Source: a bacterium
GTDB taxonomy: Bacteria > RBG-13-61-14 > DATKZS01
Reading direction: 5' to 3'
Assembly: GCA_046484135.1 (NCBI GenBank)
Contig: JAWOBU010000177.1
Location: 1-20,935, forward strand
DNA: 20,935 nt
Below are positions 1 to 8,606 of the stretch, piece by piece. Both the position numbers and the translations under genes were made by a program. Below the pieces are notes generated by a model. It saw only the letters and a program-made list of their open reading frames with translations. It searched no databases and was not told where the DNA came from. Numbering within the stretch: position 1 is the stretch's first letter; every line of letters starts with the position of its first letter.

Positions 1-2
1 AT

Positions 3-2561
3 GAGCCTGAGGTGGATAAGGGAAAATGGACATACTGCGGAATCTGTATAAAGGCATGCCCCCACACTCCTTCAAAGTTGGTTTTCTATGCCAGGCAAAC
101 TTTTCGTCAAGGAGAAAAGTTCGGTCTGGGTGATGACTTCTCTTATTACATATCTTATGACAATGATTTGGAGGCTCGCTTGAAAAGCTCTTCAGGAGGA
201 GCTTTGACTGCTGTTTTAAAGCATCTTCTCGATTCCGGTGAAGTAAAAACCGTTGTGGCTTCCAAGCCTCTTATGGCTCCATTCGGAAGACCTCATTATC
301 AAATTGAAAACTTCCATACTTCCAGTGAATTGGAAAAAAGTCGTTCATCTCATTATCATCCTTTAAATTACTACCCTGCTTTGAAAAAAGCTACTGAAGC
401 AGGTACTTGTGCCGTTGTGGCTCTGCCTTGCATTGTTCGCGGTCTGAAGAATCTTCCTGACCGCATATCTAAAAATATTAAATATTTTCTAAGTCCGGTT
501 TGTGCACATAATGTAAGCGGGGCTTTCGTTGATGTTTTAGCAAGATTAGAAAATATTCCTAAAAAAAAATCTTATACTGCCAACCTACGTGATAAAGAGG
601 GAATAGCTGATGCTGGTAATTATAATAACTTCTTTTTATGGAGTGATGGCAGTATCAGAAAAAATCGTTTTGAAACAGGCTTTACTAGGATGTGGAGGAA
701 CTATTTCTTTGCCAGGGAGTGCTGCCTTTACTGTCCGGATTTTTTTGGCGCGGAGTCCTCTCTTTCGGCAAAGGACGGATGGGGAAGACTAAGTAAGGAC
801 CCTTTAGGACTTTCTCTGTTAGTGGTGAGAGATAAAAATATGGACGCTTTGATAAACGACATGGTGGAGGCGGGTTCCCTTTATGCTGAAGCTTGTGACG
901 AAGATGAAGTGCTTAACTCTCAAAAAGCCACCGCGATTTTCAAACACGTGGATGTGCATCAGCGAATAAATTGGCACTCGGGGATAAGAGACTCATTGAG
1001 GGAGGAGGGAACTGCGGGGAGGGAAATAAAACGTTCGCTTGACAAGGCCTCTTTACAACATTTTAAATATCTTTTTTTTGCGCGGGCGTCTTCCTTGCTT
1101 TACAGGAGAGGAGGGGTAAGGCCGGTCAAATTATTATTGCACACATTGACATTTTTTGAAAAAATTTCCCATCTCCTGCAAATTCCTTTTTCAATAATTT
1201 CCCGATCTGCCAGAAAAGTGGGACTGCTGACCGGTATCGTAAAAACGCAGTCTCCCCCTTCGCCTACATTAAGGGTGCTGGTGTCAGGAGGATATGGTTA
1301 CGGAAATGTAGGCGACGAGGCACAGCTTGCCGCCAACCTTCAACTGTGGAGAAAAGAGGAGCCCGCCTGCAGACTGACCGTTTTATCGCCTCGACCGGAA
1401 TACACTTTATCTGTTCATTCTATATATGATATTAATGTTGAAGCTGCGCCTCGGGACGTTTTCTTTTTCTCAAACACAAAAAAGTACTACGGCAATTCCT
1501 CTTGGCACTTTAAGCTGTTGTATTTATTGATTGTACCCCTTCTGCTCGGCAATGTTGCGCTCATAAGGGCCGGCCTTCCTGTATTCGGCATAAGCGGGAG
1601 ACAGGCAAGGCTCCTTGACGTGATAAGGAATTCAGACGTTCTTTTCCTTTCCGGGGGAGGATATCTTACTGGACGGACACTGAGTCGGCTTTGGGACAAT
1701 ATGCTTATGGTAAGAATTGCAGCCGGCTTTGGTGTTCCGGTTATAATGTCTGGACAAACCATAGGTCTGTTTAATGATAAAATCAGTCGTATTCTGGCGA
1801 ACCTGGGTTTTAATAAGGCGGAGCTTATTTATACCAGAGACCCTTACGACTCGATTAAATGGCTCAAATCTATAGGAGTTCCGGACGAAAAAATAGGGAG
1901 CACGTTTGATGACGCCTTGTTTTATGAAGTCCATGACCAAGATAAAGTTCATAATGCATTGACTTCGGCTGGAATTGAACCGGAAAGTCCCTATTTGGCA
2001 GTCCATGTGCATGGTTGGGGACTCGCGCAAGAAAAAACCAAAAAACTTGCAAAACAACTGTCGGCCGCCTTAGATAGAATAAGAGCGGAAAGCGATTTAA
2101 AGATATGCTTTGTACCTATGGTAAAATCGGATGAAAAAACCATTTCTTTGGTTGCAGACGGTATGGAGGAGGATTTTCATATTGTTAAAAGTGGCCGGGA
2201 CATAGACGTAACAATAGGAACGATCCGCTCGGCAGAGCTTTGCATCAGCATGAAACATCATCCCCTTATATTCGCAATGGGAGGAGCAGTGCCAGCTATC
2301 GCTTTGGCCATGGAAAATGACGACTATTATCTCCACAAGAACAAGGGAGCTTTGGAAATTTTTAATCAGCAAGATTTATTGATACGATGCGCCCTTGAAG
2401 AAGTTAATGATATGCTTTATTCAAAGGTCATGGACACTCTTAAAATAAGAAAAGAAAGGTCGTGTCAAATTGAAGAGCGTCTTCGTATCTTAGAAAGCCG
2501 TAAAGGAGAGACAATAAAATTATGGATTGAAAGGTTTAAGAACGAACAAGTGCAGACATGA
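3..2561 (+). CDS. Fusion of a coenzyme F420 hydrogenase/dehydrogenase beta-subunit-like (FrhB/FdhB family) Fe-S oxidoreductase and a polysaccharide pyruvyltransferase (CsaB/WcaK-like); probably 5'-truncated by the window edge
   Basis: The N-half has a ferredoxin-like xxxCGICIKACP and FrhB-type motifs SSSGGALT, ALPC, PVCAH and CLYCPD...DGW. The C-half (from about nt 1270) has GGYGYGNVGDEA, LSGGGYL, GQTIG, YTRDPYDS, DDALF and SMKHHPLIFA, typical of pyruvyltransferases. The frame is open from nt 3 (EPE before the GTG at 12), so the true start is likely upstream. Confidence 0.85.
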   Translation, partial: EPEVDKGKWTYCGICIKACPHTPSKLVFYARQTFRQGEKFGLGDDFSYYISYDNDLEARLKSSSGGALTAVLKHLLDSGEVKTVVASKPLMAPFGRPHYQIENFHTSSELEKSRSSHYHPLNYYPALKKATEAGTCAVVALPCIVRGLKNLPDRISKNIKYFLSPVCAHNVSGAFVDVLARLENIPKKKSYTANLRDKEGIADAGNYNNFFLWSDGSIRKNRFETGFTRMWRNYFFARECCLYCPDFFGAESSLSAKDGWGRLSKDPLGLSLLVVRDKNMDALINDMVEAGSLYAEACDEDEVLNSQKATAIFKHVDVHQRINWHSGIRDSLREEGTAGREIKRSLDKASLQHFKYLFFARASSLLYRRGGVRPVKLLLHTLTFFEKISHLLQIPFSIISRSARKVGLLTGIVKTQSPPSPTLRVLVSGGYGYGNVGDEAQLAANLQLWRKEEPACRLTVLSPRPEYTLSVHSIYDINVEAAPRDVFFFSNTKKYYGNSSWHFKLLYLLIVPLLLGNVALIRAGLPVFGISGRQARLLDVIRNSDVLFLSGGGYLTGRTLSRLWDNMLMVRIAAGFGVPVIMSGQTIGLFNDKISRILANLGFNKAELIYTRDPYDSIKWLKSIGVPDEKIGSTFDDALFYEVHDQDKVHNALTSAGIEPESPYLAVHVHGWGLAQEKTKKLAKQLSAALDRIRAESDLKICFVPMVKSDEKTISLVADGMEEDFHIVKSGRDIDVTIGTIRSAELCISMKHHPLIFAMGGAVPAIALAMENDDYYLHKNKGALEIFNQQDLLIRCALEEVNDMLYSKVMDTLKIRKERSCQIEERLRILESRKGETIKLWIERFKNEQVQT

Positions 2562-2623
2562 AGGAATTCTCCCTTTTGTCTGTAATGTGTTTATTTATAT
2601 GAAAGTGCGAGTAAATAGAAGCC

Positions 2624-4267
2624 TTGATCGTGCCCAAAATGACGCCAAACATGTATAATAATCAAAACAACAAAAATCTAATCCCCAGAAGGATTCTTGC
2701 CTTTTCTTCCAAGAACCCTTCCGTAATTGATATATATGACAAGTTAGCGGGATTTCTGGAGCGGGAGGGATTCAAGTTAATCTTCCTGGTACCCTTCCCC
2801 AGCGTCAAGATGGAGTTCTACAAAAGGGGACTGGAAGCATACTCGCTTACCGAGTTGGTCGAGTACACGGTGGGCACTGCCCCTGTCAAGTTGAATGAAC
2901 ATACCGCCCGCAAGCTTTACGACTATGATTTAAGGGTGGAAAGAAAGCCCAAGCTTCCCGTGGTGGATCCTTTCAATGCCAAAAGCGCGGAGTACTATCA
3001 CTGGGCCGCTGAGCAAATGTACAAAGCCATCAGAGAGCTTTTCCAGGAGTTGGACCCATGTATGGTATTCTCCTGGAACACTTGTTCTTTACCGAGCAAA
3101 ATCCTGTCGCTACTGGCAAGTGAAAAAGGAGTGCCAACGTTTTATCTCGAGCGCGGTCTTCTTCCCGACACTGTTGTAATAGATCCGATGGGCGTTAATT
3201 ACGGCAGCCATGTTGCCGGCGAGAGATGGAAAGGTGTGGACGCGCCCGTTCCGGACGAAAAGGAGAATGAACTGGCGGACCGATTTTGTCGTTACTGGCG
3301 GGAAAAGGGAGCAACCATAGTTCCCGGAGGCAGAGGAGTTTCCGATGACGACATTTATCGAGAGCTGGGCATACCCCCGGATGCATCCGTCCTCCTTTTT
3401 CCGCTCCAGATAGAGAAAGATTCCAACATAATCAGCTACTCTCCTTTTTATAAATCAATGCCCGAGATAATCTCCGACCTTGCCGAAGTGAGCGAAAGGA
3501 TTGAAAAGCTTTATGTGATAATCAAACCCCATCCGGAAGACAGGGACCGTCTTGAAGAGCTCAGGAAACTATGCTCGGATAAAATGCTTATAAGCCTGGA
3601 TTACGGGCTGCAATCACTCTTTAATGTCACGGACGTGGTGATGGCGGTGAACTCCACTGTGGGCTTGGAGGCGTTGACCCGCCGCAAGCAGGTTGTCATT
3701 TTGGGAAATGCCGTATACGGAGAAAAAGGGTTCACCTTTGATTTAAACAGCCCTGAAAGGCTGGAACAAACGATACGCGAAGCCTTGGAATGTGCTGAAA
3801 AAGGTGTCTTTAATGAAAAGGAATTCAAAAGGTTTCTTGTCTACCTGTTAAAGAGGTGCCTGTTCTCTTTGCTTGAGGAAGACCCTTGGCAAAGTCGAGC
3901 GAATATTCTTGCCATGATGAAAGACTCAATTGGAGAACGATCCATTCAGTCCCCACCGGCCTCGAAGCTGACCAAAGATTTGTCCCAAAACCGGGAATGC
4001 GTGGAGAAGCTTTTTAAGAAGTTGGAGAAAAAACAAATAAGCGGGAATGATATATTAGTTATAAAACCTTACGTATCGTTTCTTGCCTACGAGGGAAGTA
4101 TTTTTAAATATAATCCGAAAGTTATTGACCGGCGCAATTTACTTAGAAGGTTGCCAGGCATTCTGATGAAAAAACATGAGTATGTAATTTGTGTTGGAAG
4201 ACGGACCCGAAGGGTTAAAATGTTGATGAAGATACTTCGGACTAATAAAAAGATTTCGCTGCCTTGA
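2624..4267 (+). CDS. Capsule polysaccharide biosynthesis/export protein, KpsS/LipB-like (putative beta-Kdo transferase family)
   Basis: Motifs FYLERGLLP, DPMGVN, PLQIEKDSNI, IKPHPED, VNSTVGLEAL and LGNAVY match the KpsS/KpsC family. The start is uncertain (TTG 2624, ATG 2639 or ATG 2651). Confidence 0.8.
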   Translation: MIVPKMTPNMYNNQNNKNLIPRRILAFSSKNPSVIDIYDKLAGFLEREGFKLIFLVPFPSVKMEFYKRGLEAYSLTELVEYTVGTAPVKLNEHTARKLYDYDLRVERKPKLPVVDPFNAKSAEYYHWAAEQMYKAIRELFQELDPCMVFSWNTCSLPSKILSLLASEKGVPTFYLERGLLPDTVVIDPMGVNYGSHVAGERWKGVDAPVPDEKENELADRFCRYWREKGATIVPGGRGVSDDDIYRELGIPPDASVLLFPLQIEKDSNIISYSPFYKSMPEIISDLAEVSERIEKLYVIIKPHPEDRDRLEELRKLCSDKMLISLDYGLQSLFNVTDVVMAVNSTVGLEALTRRKQVVILGNAVYGEKGFTFDLNSPERLEQTIREALECAEKGVFNEKEFKRFLVYLLKRCLFSLLEEDPWQSRANILAMMKDSIGERSIQSPPASKLTKDLSQNRECVEKLFKKLEKKQISGNDILVIKPYVSFLAYEGSIFKYNPKVIDRRNLLRRLPGILMKKHEYVICVGRRTRRVKMLMKILRTNKKISLP

Positions 4268-4280
4268 TCCACCCCCCTGA

Positions 4281-5069
4281 TTAACCGTCAAGCCAGCTCT
4301 GCCAGCCGTTTTCAAAAACACGGCTTTCAAACTCGCCGTAGTTGGATATCAACTCTTCGAGCGGCCAGGTGTTTATCCTCCTGTAACCGGTTTTTACCTG
4401 CCTGTGTTCCAGGCAAAGGTAATCGAGTATCCTCTCTACTGTCTCCTGGTGCTTGCCTGCGTCCTCAAGGTCGTCTTCGTAGACCACCTGGTGATATTCA
4501 ATGTCAGCCAGGGCTTTTCTTTCGGCTTTCTCGAAACGTATCCTTTCCTTTACAGATTCGACAAACCTTTCGCAATCCACAACCACCTTGATCTCCTCTT
4601 TTTCGTCATCCCGCTTGAAAGGGTCTCCCCGCTGATCGCGGATGATGTTTGAAAGCGCATGCCTTACCTTGTTCCTTCGCTGCAAGTAAATGATCTTCCA
4701 GCCCTCCCTGTACAGCGTTTCCAGAAACCAAGCGGCATCAACGGGACGCTTTCGATCACGGGTCAGATGATAGTTCTTTACATGAAATATGAAATGCCTG
4801 TCTGATTGGCGCTTCGAGAGTCCCCGCACAAACCGCACCGGAAAGAGCACTTCACCTTCCCTGGTCCTCAGTAGCTCCCCGTGTTTATGGAAATGCCCAG
4901 TGGAGAAAACCAGGTCTTCAAGGAGAGTGCTGCCTGTCCTGCCTTGCGCGAAGATGACCGCGCGGACCTGGTCTTGTGGCGTGTGCCCGGCAAGGTCATA
5001 AAGATACGCCATTGTCTCCCGCTTGCGATGTAAAAGGGAGGTTTTCAGTTTTCTCAAGGACGATCTCAT
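4281..5069 (-). CDS. PAPS-dependent sulfotransferase (Stf0/NodH-like)
   Basis: 262 aa, with a 5'-phosphosulfate loop AQGRTGSTLL, a 3'-phosphate-binding YLQRRNKVRHALS and a C-terminal VVYEDDL...ILDYL. Confidence 0.85.
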   Translation of the reverse strand: MRSSLRKLKTSLLHRKRETMAYLYDLAGHTPQDQVRAVIFAQGRTGSTLLEDLVFSTGHFHKHGELLRTREGEVLFPVRFVRGLSKRQSDRHFIFHVKNYHLTRDRKRPVDAAWFLETLYREGWKIIYLQRRNKVRHALSNIIRDQRGDPFKRDDEKEEIKVVVDCERFVESVKERIRFEKAERKALADIEYHQVVYEDDLEDAGKHQETVERILDYLCLEHRQVKTGYRRINTWPLEELISNYGEFESRVFENGWQSWLDG

Positions 5070-5097
5070 GAGCCGCTCTTAATCTCGACTCCCTTCG

Positions 5098-5126
5098 ATT
5101 ATGCCGGGGCCACTCCACGCCGGCAA
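5098..5126 (-). promoter_or_regulatory. Putative sigma-70 promoter of the sulfotransferase
   Basis: Minus strand TTGCCG (5126-5121), 17-nt spacer, CATAAT (5103-5098), about 30 nt upstream of the ATG at 5069. Confidence 0.5.
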
Positions 5127-5151
5127 GCGAAAACCTTGCGCTCCGGCTGCA

Positions 5152-5636
5152 CTATTTTCGGTCCAGGCGCTTTTTCAATTCGAGGCGCCATCCTTTAGCA
5201 GAGGACCGGATCATGTGGGATGTACACCAGGTTGTCTCCGCATTTTCAACAAGCGCGGTCTGCTTTCTCTTGTTCATGGAAAGTTGGTTACAAATCCTAC
5301 CTGGTGGCCCTGCTCGCAAAGTCTTCCCGCCACCTCCACGAAGCGGGGATGGAGAGTGGGCTCCCCGTGGCCGAACTTGGTGTGCCATCTTCCCGGCAGA
5401 CCCGACGTCATCTCCAGAACGCGTTCAACGAGATCGTCGGGCATCATGCCCAGATGGGGACGGGAGGGGTCAAACTGCCGCTCGCAGCAGTATTCGCACC
5501 GATAGTTGCAAACGTCCGATATATGCCATTCCAGCCCTGGTATCGGATCGGTTCCGGCACCGGGAGCTCGCCGGTCGTCAACTTCGGAACTCTCCTCCGT
5601 ATTATGAATCGAATCGCTTTCTTCGGATACGGACAT
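5152..5636 (-). pseudogene. Radical SAM protein, frameshifted and 3'-truncated
   Basis: WHISDVCNYRCEYC (CxxxCxxC), GHGEPTLHP and VTNF are followed by a stop at 5274. Adding one base in each of two short homopolymers restores TNFSMNKRKQTALVEKCGDNLVYI. There is no room for the rest of the barrel before 5069. Confidence 0.75.
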
Positions 5637-5643
5637 GGTAAAA

Positions 5644-5672
5644 AAAGTATCACGACCTCATGAGGCTGTCAA
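5644..5672 (-). promoter_or_regulatory. Sigma-70 promoter upstream of the radical SAM remnant
   Basis: Minus strand TTGACA (5672-5667), 17-nt spacer, TACTTT (5649-5644) with an extended TGn. The ATG at 5636 is 7 nt downstream. Confidence 0.65.
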
Positions 5673-5770
5673 CCAGGGACTCACAGTTAAACTACCTCAA
5701 AATCCGCGCTTTGATTGTTCGTTCTCAGGGGGGAACACTAAAAGCATGATATGAGCTGCCACCTGTTCTT

Positions 5771-7822
5771 CTACTTGTCGGCAAGACTCCTTTGCAGCTT
5801 TTTCAGCTCGCCTGCATGGTCCGGGTTTCTCCTCATCCATTTCGCCAGGAAATCGAGGGCCTCGTCCTTCCGGTTTTGCTTCGCCAGAAACAGCGCGTAT
5901 TGTTCGGCCCTGTCCGCCCGGACCGGAGGCGCAAAGGCCGCCCGCTTTAAAAATTTGCCCTCCTTGTCCTTTTCTCCTTGCTGAAAATAAAGCCGGGAAA
6001 GCTGGAAAAGCACCTCCCCAATGGCGCTCCCGCACCTGGCGGCGTGCTTTAATACCCGCTCCGCCTCCTCATACTCTTTTTGCATCATAAGCCATTTGCC
6101 GAGCGTCAGGTTCAAGCCCATGGAGTTGGGGTACAAAGCCACCGCCCGGCGGAACATCTCCTCCGCCCGGGCCGGCTCGCTTGCCGCGAGAAGGTGGCCG
6201 TAATACTCGTGCAGGAAGGGCTGGCGGGGGTTAAGGCGGATGGCCCGGCGCAGGGCGGCGCGAGCACGCTTTAGGTTTTGGGTGTTTTCTCCGGCAAAGG
6301 CCAGCGCCCGCGCTTTCAGGACCAGCATCTCCGTGTCCGCCGCTCGCCACTCCAGCGCCTTTTGCGATGCCGAGAGCGCACTGCTCCACTCCCCCGGCCG
6401 CGCTTTTTCCCGCGCCTTCTGCATGAGCTTCGCAGCCTGCATGTGATAAAGGCTTGCCCCCCCACTGAGAACCAACGCCGCAAAAGCGATAATTACCGCA
6501 AGCCTTCCCTGCAAAGACGAGGGCTTTTCTTTTATCTCTACGCTTTCGGGAGACGCCAGTAATCCCGCAACCAACCAGAAGATAACCGAAGCCTCCGGGA
6601 CCTGGAGACTGAAGTCCATAAAGGAATGAAGCAGCAGGGCAGCGGCGCCCGCAAAAAGCCCCGAGCCAAGCCGGCGCGTCTCCAGGGACCACCCCTCTAC
6701 TTCCCGTCGGACCTTTGACAAACCGCGTCGGAAAAAGCCGATGAATAAAAGGAGAAGCCCGATAAAGCCCGGAACGCCCGTCTCTGCCAGCGCTTCCAGA
6801 AGAGAGTTGTGAGCGTGCTGGGCCTCGTTGCCGCCTGCGCTCCGGTGCTTCAACATGGCGAGGCCGTACTCGCCGGCGCCGGCGCCGGAGGCGGGAAACT
6901 CGGAAGAGACCCGGGCCGCGGCCGCCCAGTTGTGGAGCCTCATAACCAGCGGGTTGTGGCGATCATCCAGTTCCAGGAAATGGCCCCCCCGGCTTATAAC
7001 AATGGCCGCGCTTCCGGCGACCACCACTAACGCGGCCACGGCAGCCAGCTTCTTCCAGTGCCGGCGGAAAAAGCTCTCCGGCTCTGCAAGAGCGAGCAAG
7101 AACACGAAGATGCAAATGCCTGCGCCCGCGGCCAGCCATCCCCCCAGCGACCGGGTGAGAAAAAGCACGTAAAGAAATACCAGGAAGATGGCAATAAGCA
7201 CGCCGCTACGGAATCTCTTCCAGTATTCCTTGCTGGAATTCTCCCGCCGGGCGCCCGGCAAGAGCAGGGAAAAAGCCACCGGCAGAGCAGCGGCAATGGT
7301 TACGGCCAGCATGTCCGGAGACATGGTAAGGCCGAAAACCCTGCCTCGCTTAAGCGTGGTCCGCGCGTAATCCGAAAGCCCGGAAACCGCCAGCGTGTTT
7401 TCAAACCCGCCCCAGTGCTGGCGCAGCGCGAAGCCCGCCGAAACCAGACATGCGAACAGCAGCGCCCATGTAAACCATTTGACCCGCCTGGCGCCGAGAC
7501 CGGCGGCCACCAGGAATATAAAGAGGTCCCCGCTCTGATACAAGAAATGGTGCAGGCTTTGCCGGGGAGCCAATGACCAGGGGATGGTGAAAAACGCCGA
7601 CCCGAAGTATATAAAGGCTCCCCAAACCATCAGGCGGTCCCCTGCCGTCGGCTTCGACGGCGTCTTCACCAGCACGTACAGAAGAAGCAGGGCGAGCGCC
7701 GCGTTTTGCAGAAACCCGGCCCATTCATGTACTGCGGGGGCCAGGCATATACGGAGGAAAACGAGGAAGGCGAGAAGGACAGCCTCCATCTGGCGGGAAT
7801 CGGGGGGTCTCTCTTCACTCAT
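5771..7822 (-). CDS. O-antigen ligase / O-oligosaccharyltransferase family (Wzy_C) membrane protein with C-terminal TPR repeats
   Basis: About 12 hydrophobic segments, RVFG..SPDML, TRSLGG, MRLHNW, G.GAGEY, HAHNSLLEALAETGVPG and LHSFMDFSL. The C-terminus has TPR-like helices (ALRRAIRLNP, FRRAVALYP). Confidence 0.85.
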   Translation of the reverse strand: MSEERPPDSRQMEAVLLAFLVFLRICLAPAVHEWAGFLQNAALALLLLYVLVKTPSKPTAGDRLMVWGAFIYFGSAFFTIPWSLAPRQSLHHFLYQSGDLFIFLVAAGLGARRVKWFTWALLFACLVSAGFALRQHWGGFENTLAVSGLSDYARTTLKRGRVFGLTMSPDMLAVTIAAALPVAFSLLLPGARRENSSKEYWKRFRSGVLIAIFLVFLYVLFLTRSLGGWLAAGAGICIFVFLLALAEPESFFRRHWKKLAAVAALVVVAGSAAIVISRGGHFLELDDRHNPLVMRLHNWAAAARVSSEFPASGAGAGEYGLAMLKHRSAGGNEAQHAHNSLLEALAETGVPGFIGLLLLFIGFFRRGLSKVRREVEGWSLETRRLGSGLFAGAAALLLHSFMDFSLQVPEASVIFWLVAGLLASPESVEIKEKPSSLQGRLAVIIAFAALVLSGGASLYHMQAAKLMQKAREKARPGEWSSALSASQKALEWRAADTEMLVLKARALAFAGENTQNLKRARAALRRAIRLNPRQPFLHEYYGHLLAASEPARAEEMFRRAVALYPNSMGLNLTLGKWLMMQKEYEEAERVLKHAARCGSAIGEVLFQLSRLYFQQGEKDKEGKFLKRAAFAPPVRADRAEQYALFLAKQNRKDEALDFLAKWMRRNPDHAGELKKLQRSLADK

Positions 7823-7829
7823 GGCCGCA

Positions 7830-8606
7830 TCAGAGGAAGTCTTTCTTTTGGAAGACGGCTATGGCAATGAGAAGGAAGAAAGCGGTCCAGAGTACCCCCT
7901 TGCCGATGATGGAAAGAAACAGGAGTCCCGGAAGCGGTTCTCCGTACACCGCGTTCTCAACCTGGACGAAGTCGGTAAGGTTGGGAACCACGTAGTAAAG
8001 CACTATTCCTCCCCACTTGAACACCTCTTCTTGGGCTTTTTCCGCAAACTCGTAGATGCCGGCAGTGAACCTTCCTATCACCAGGAAGCACAGGGTAAAG
8101 ATGGCGCTCAGGGTGGCGGTGGAAAAGCTCGAGAACACCATGGCCGCCGCTATGATAATCGAGACCTCGAGGTAGATCAGCAACAGCGCCTGGAAGAGCG
8201 CAAAGTCAATGGGCCATACCAGCTCCCGATGGATGTAGCAGATGATGAACCCGAAAGCCGCGGCCATGATCAGGATATTGAGCCCGATGGTGAGCATGAG
8301 CCCCAGGTACCGGCCCAGGATGAAGTAATACCGCGGCACCGGCTTGGCGATCAGGGTATACACGGTTTTTTTGTCTATCTCCTTGTTGATGAGCCGAATG
8401 CCGAGAAAGACCGCCATTATGAGGCTGAACACGGACACCGTGGTCAGTCCCACGTCAACGGTTATCCGCTCCTGCTCCGTAAAAGAGAGCCTCCCGAGCG
8501 CCATGGACAAAAGGATCATGAACACGGCGAACACCAAGAGGTTGTAGAGTATCCGGTCCCGGACCGTCTCCCGGAAAGTGTTGAAAATGATGGCCCACAG
8601 CTTCAA
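7830..8606 (-). CDS. ABC-2 type transporter permease, PilI-like
   Basis: NTFRETVRDRILY, EIDKKTVYTLIAKPV.R..FILGRYLG, six TM segments and the C-terminal FQKKDF. The TTG start overlaps the upstream stop (TTGA 8603-8606) and has a GGAGG RBS. Confidence 0.88.
   Translation of the reverse strand: MKLWAIIFNTFRETVRDRILYNLLVFAVFMILLSMALGRLSFTEQERITVDVGLTTVSVFSLIMAVFLGIRLINKEIDKKTVYTLIAKPVPRYYFILGRYLGLMLTIGLNILIMAAAFGFIICYIHRELVWPIDFALFQALLLIYLEVSIIIAAAMVFSSFSTATLSAIFTLCFLVIGRFTAGIYEFAEKAQEEVFKWGGIVLYYVVPNLTDFVQVENAVYGEPLPGLLFLSIIGKGVLWTAFFLLIAIAVFQKKDFL

Noticed and set aside
1..51. ATG at position 1 as a gene start
   Set aside because: The frame closes after 16 codons. The real coding frame is the one containing the ferredoxin motif.
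5101..5663. Plus-strand ORFs of 134-147 aa
   Set aside because: They are antisense to the radical SAM remnant and have no motifs or RBS.
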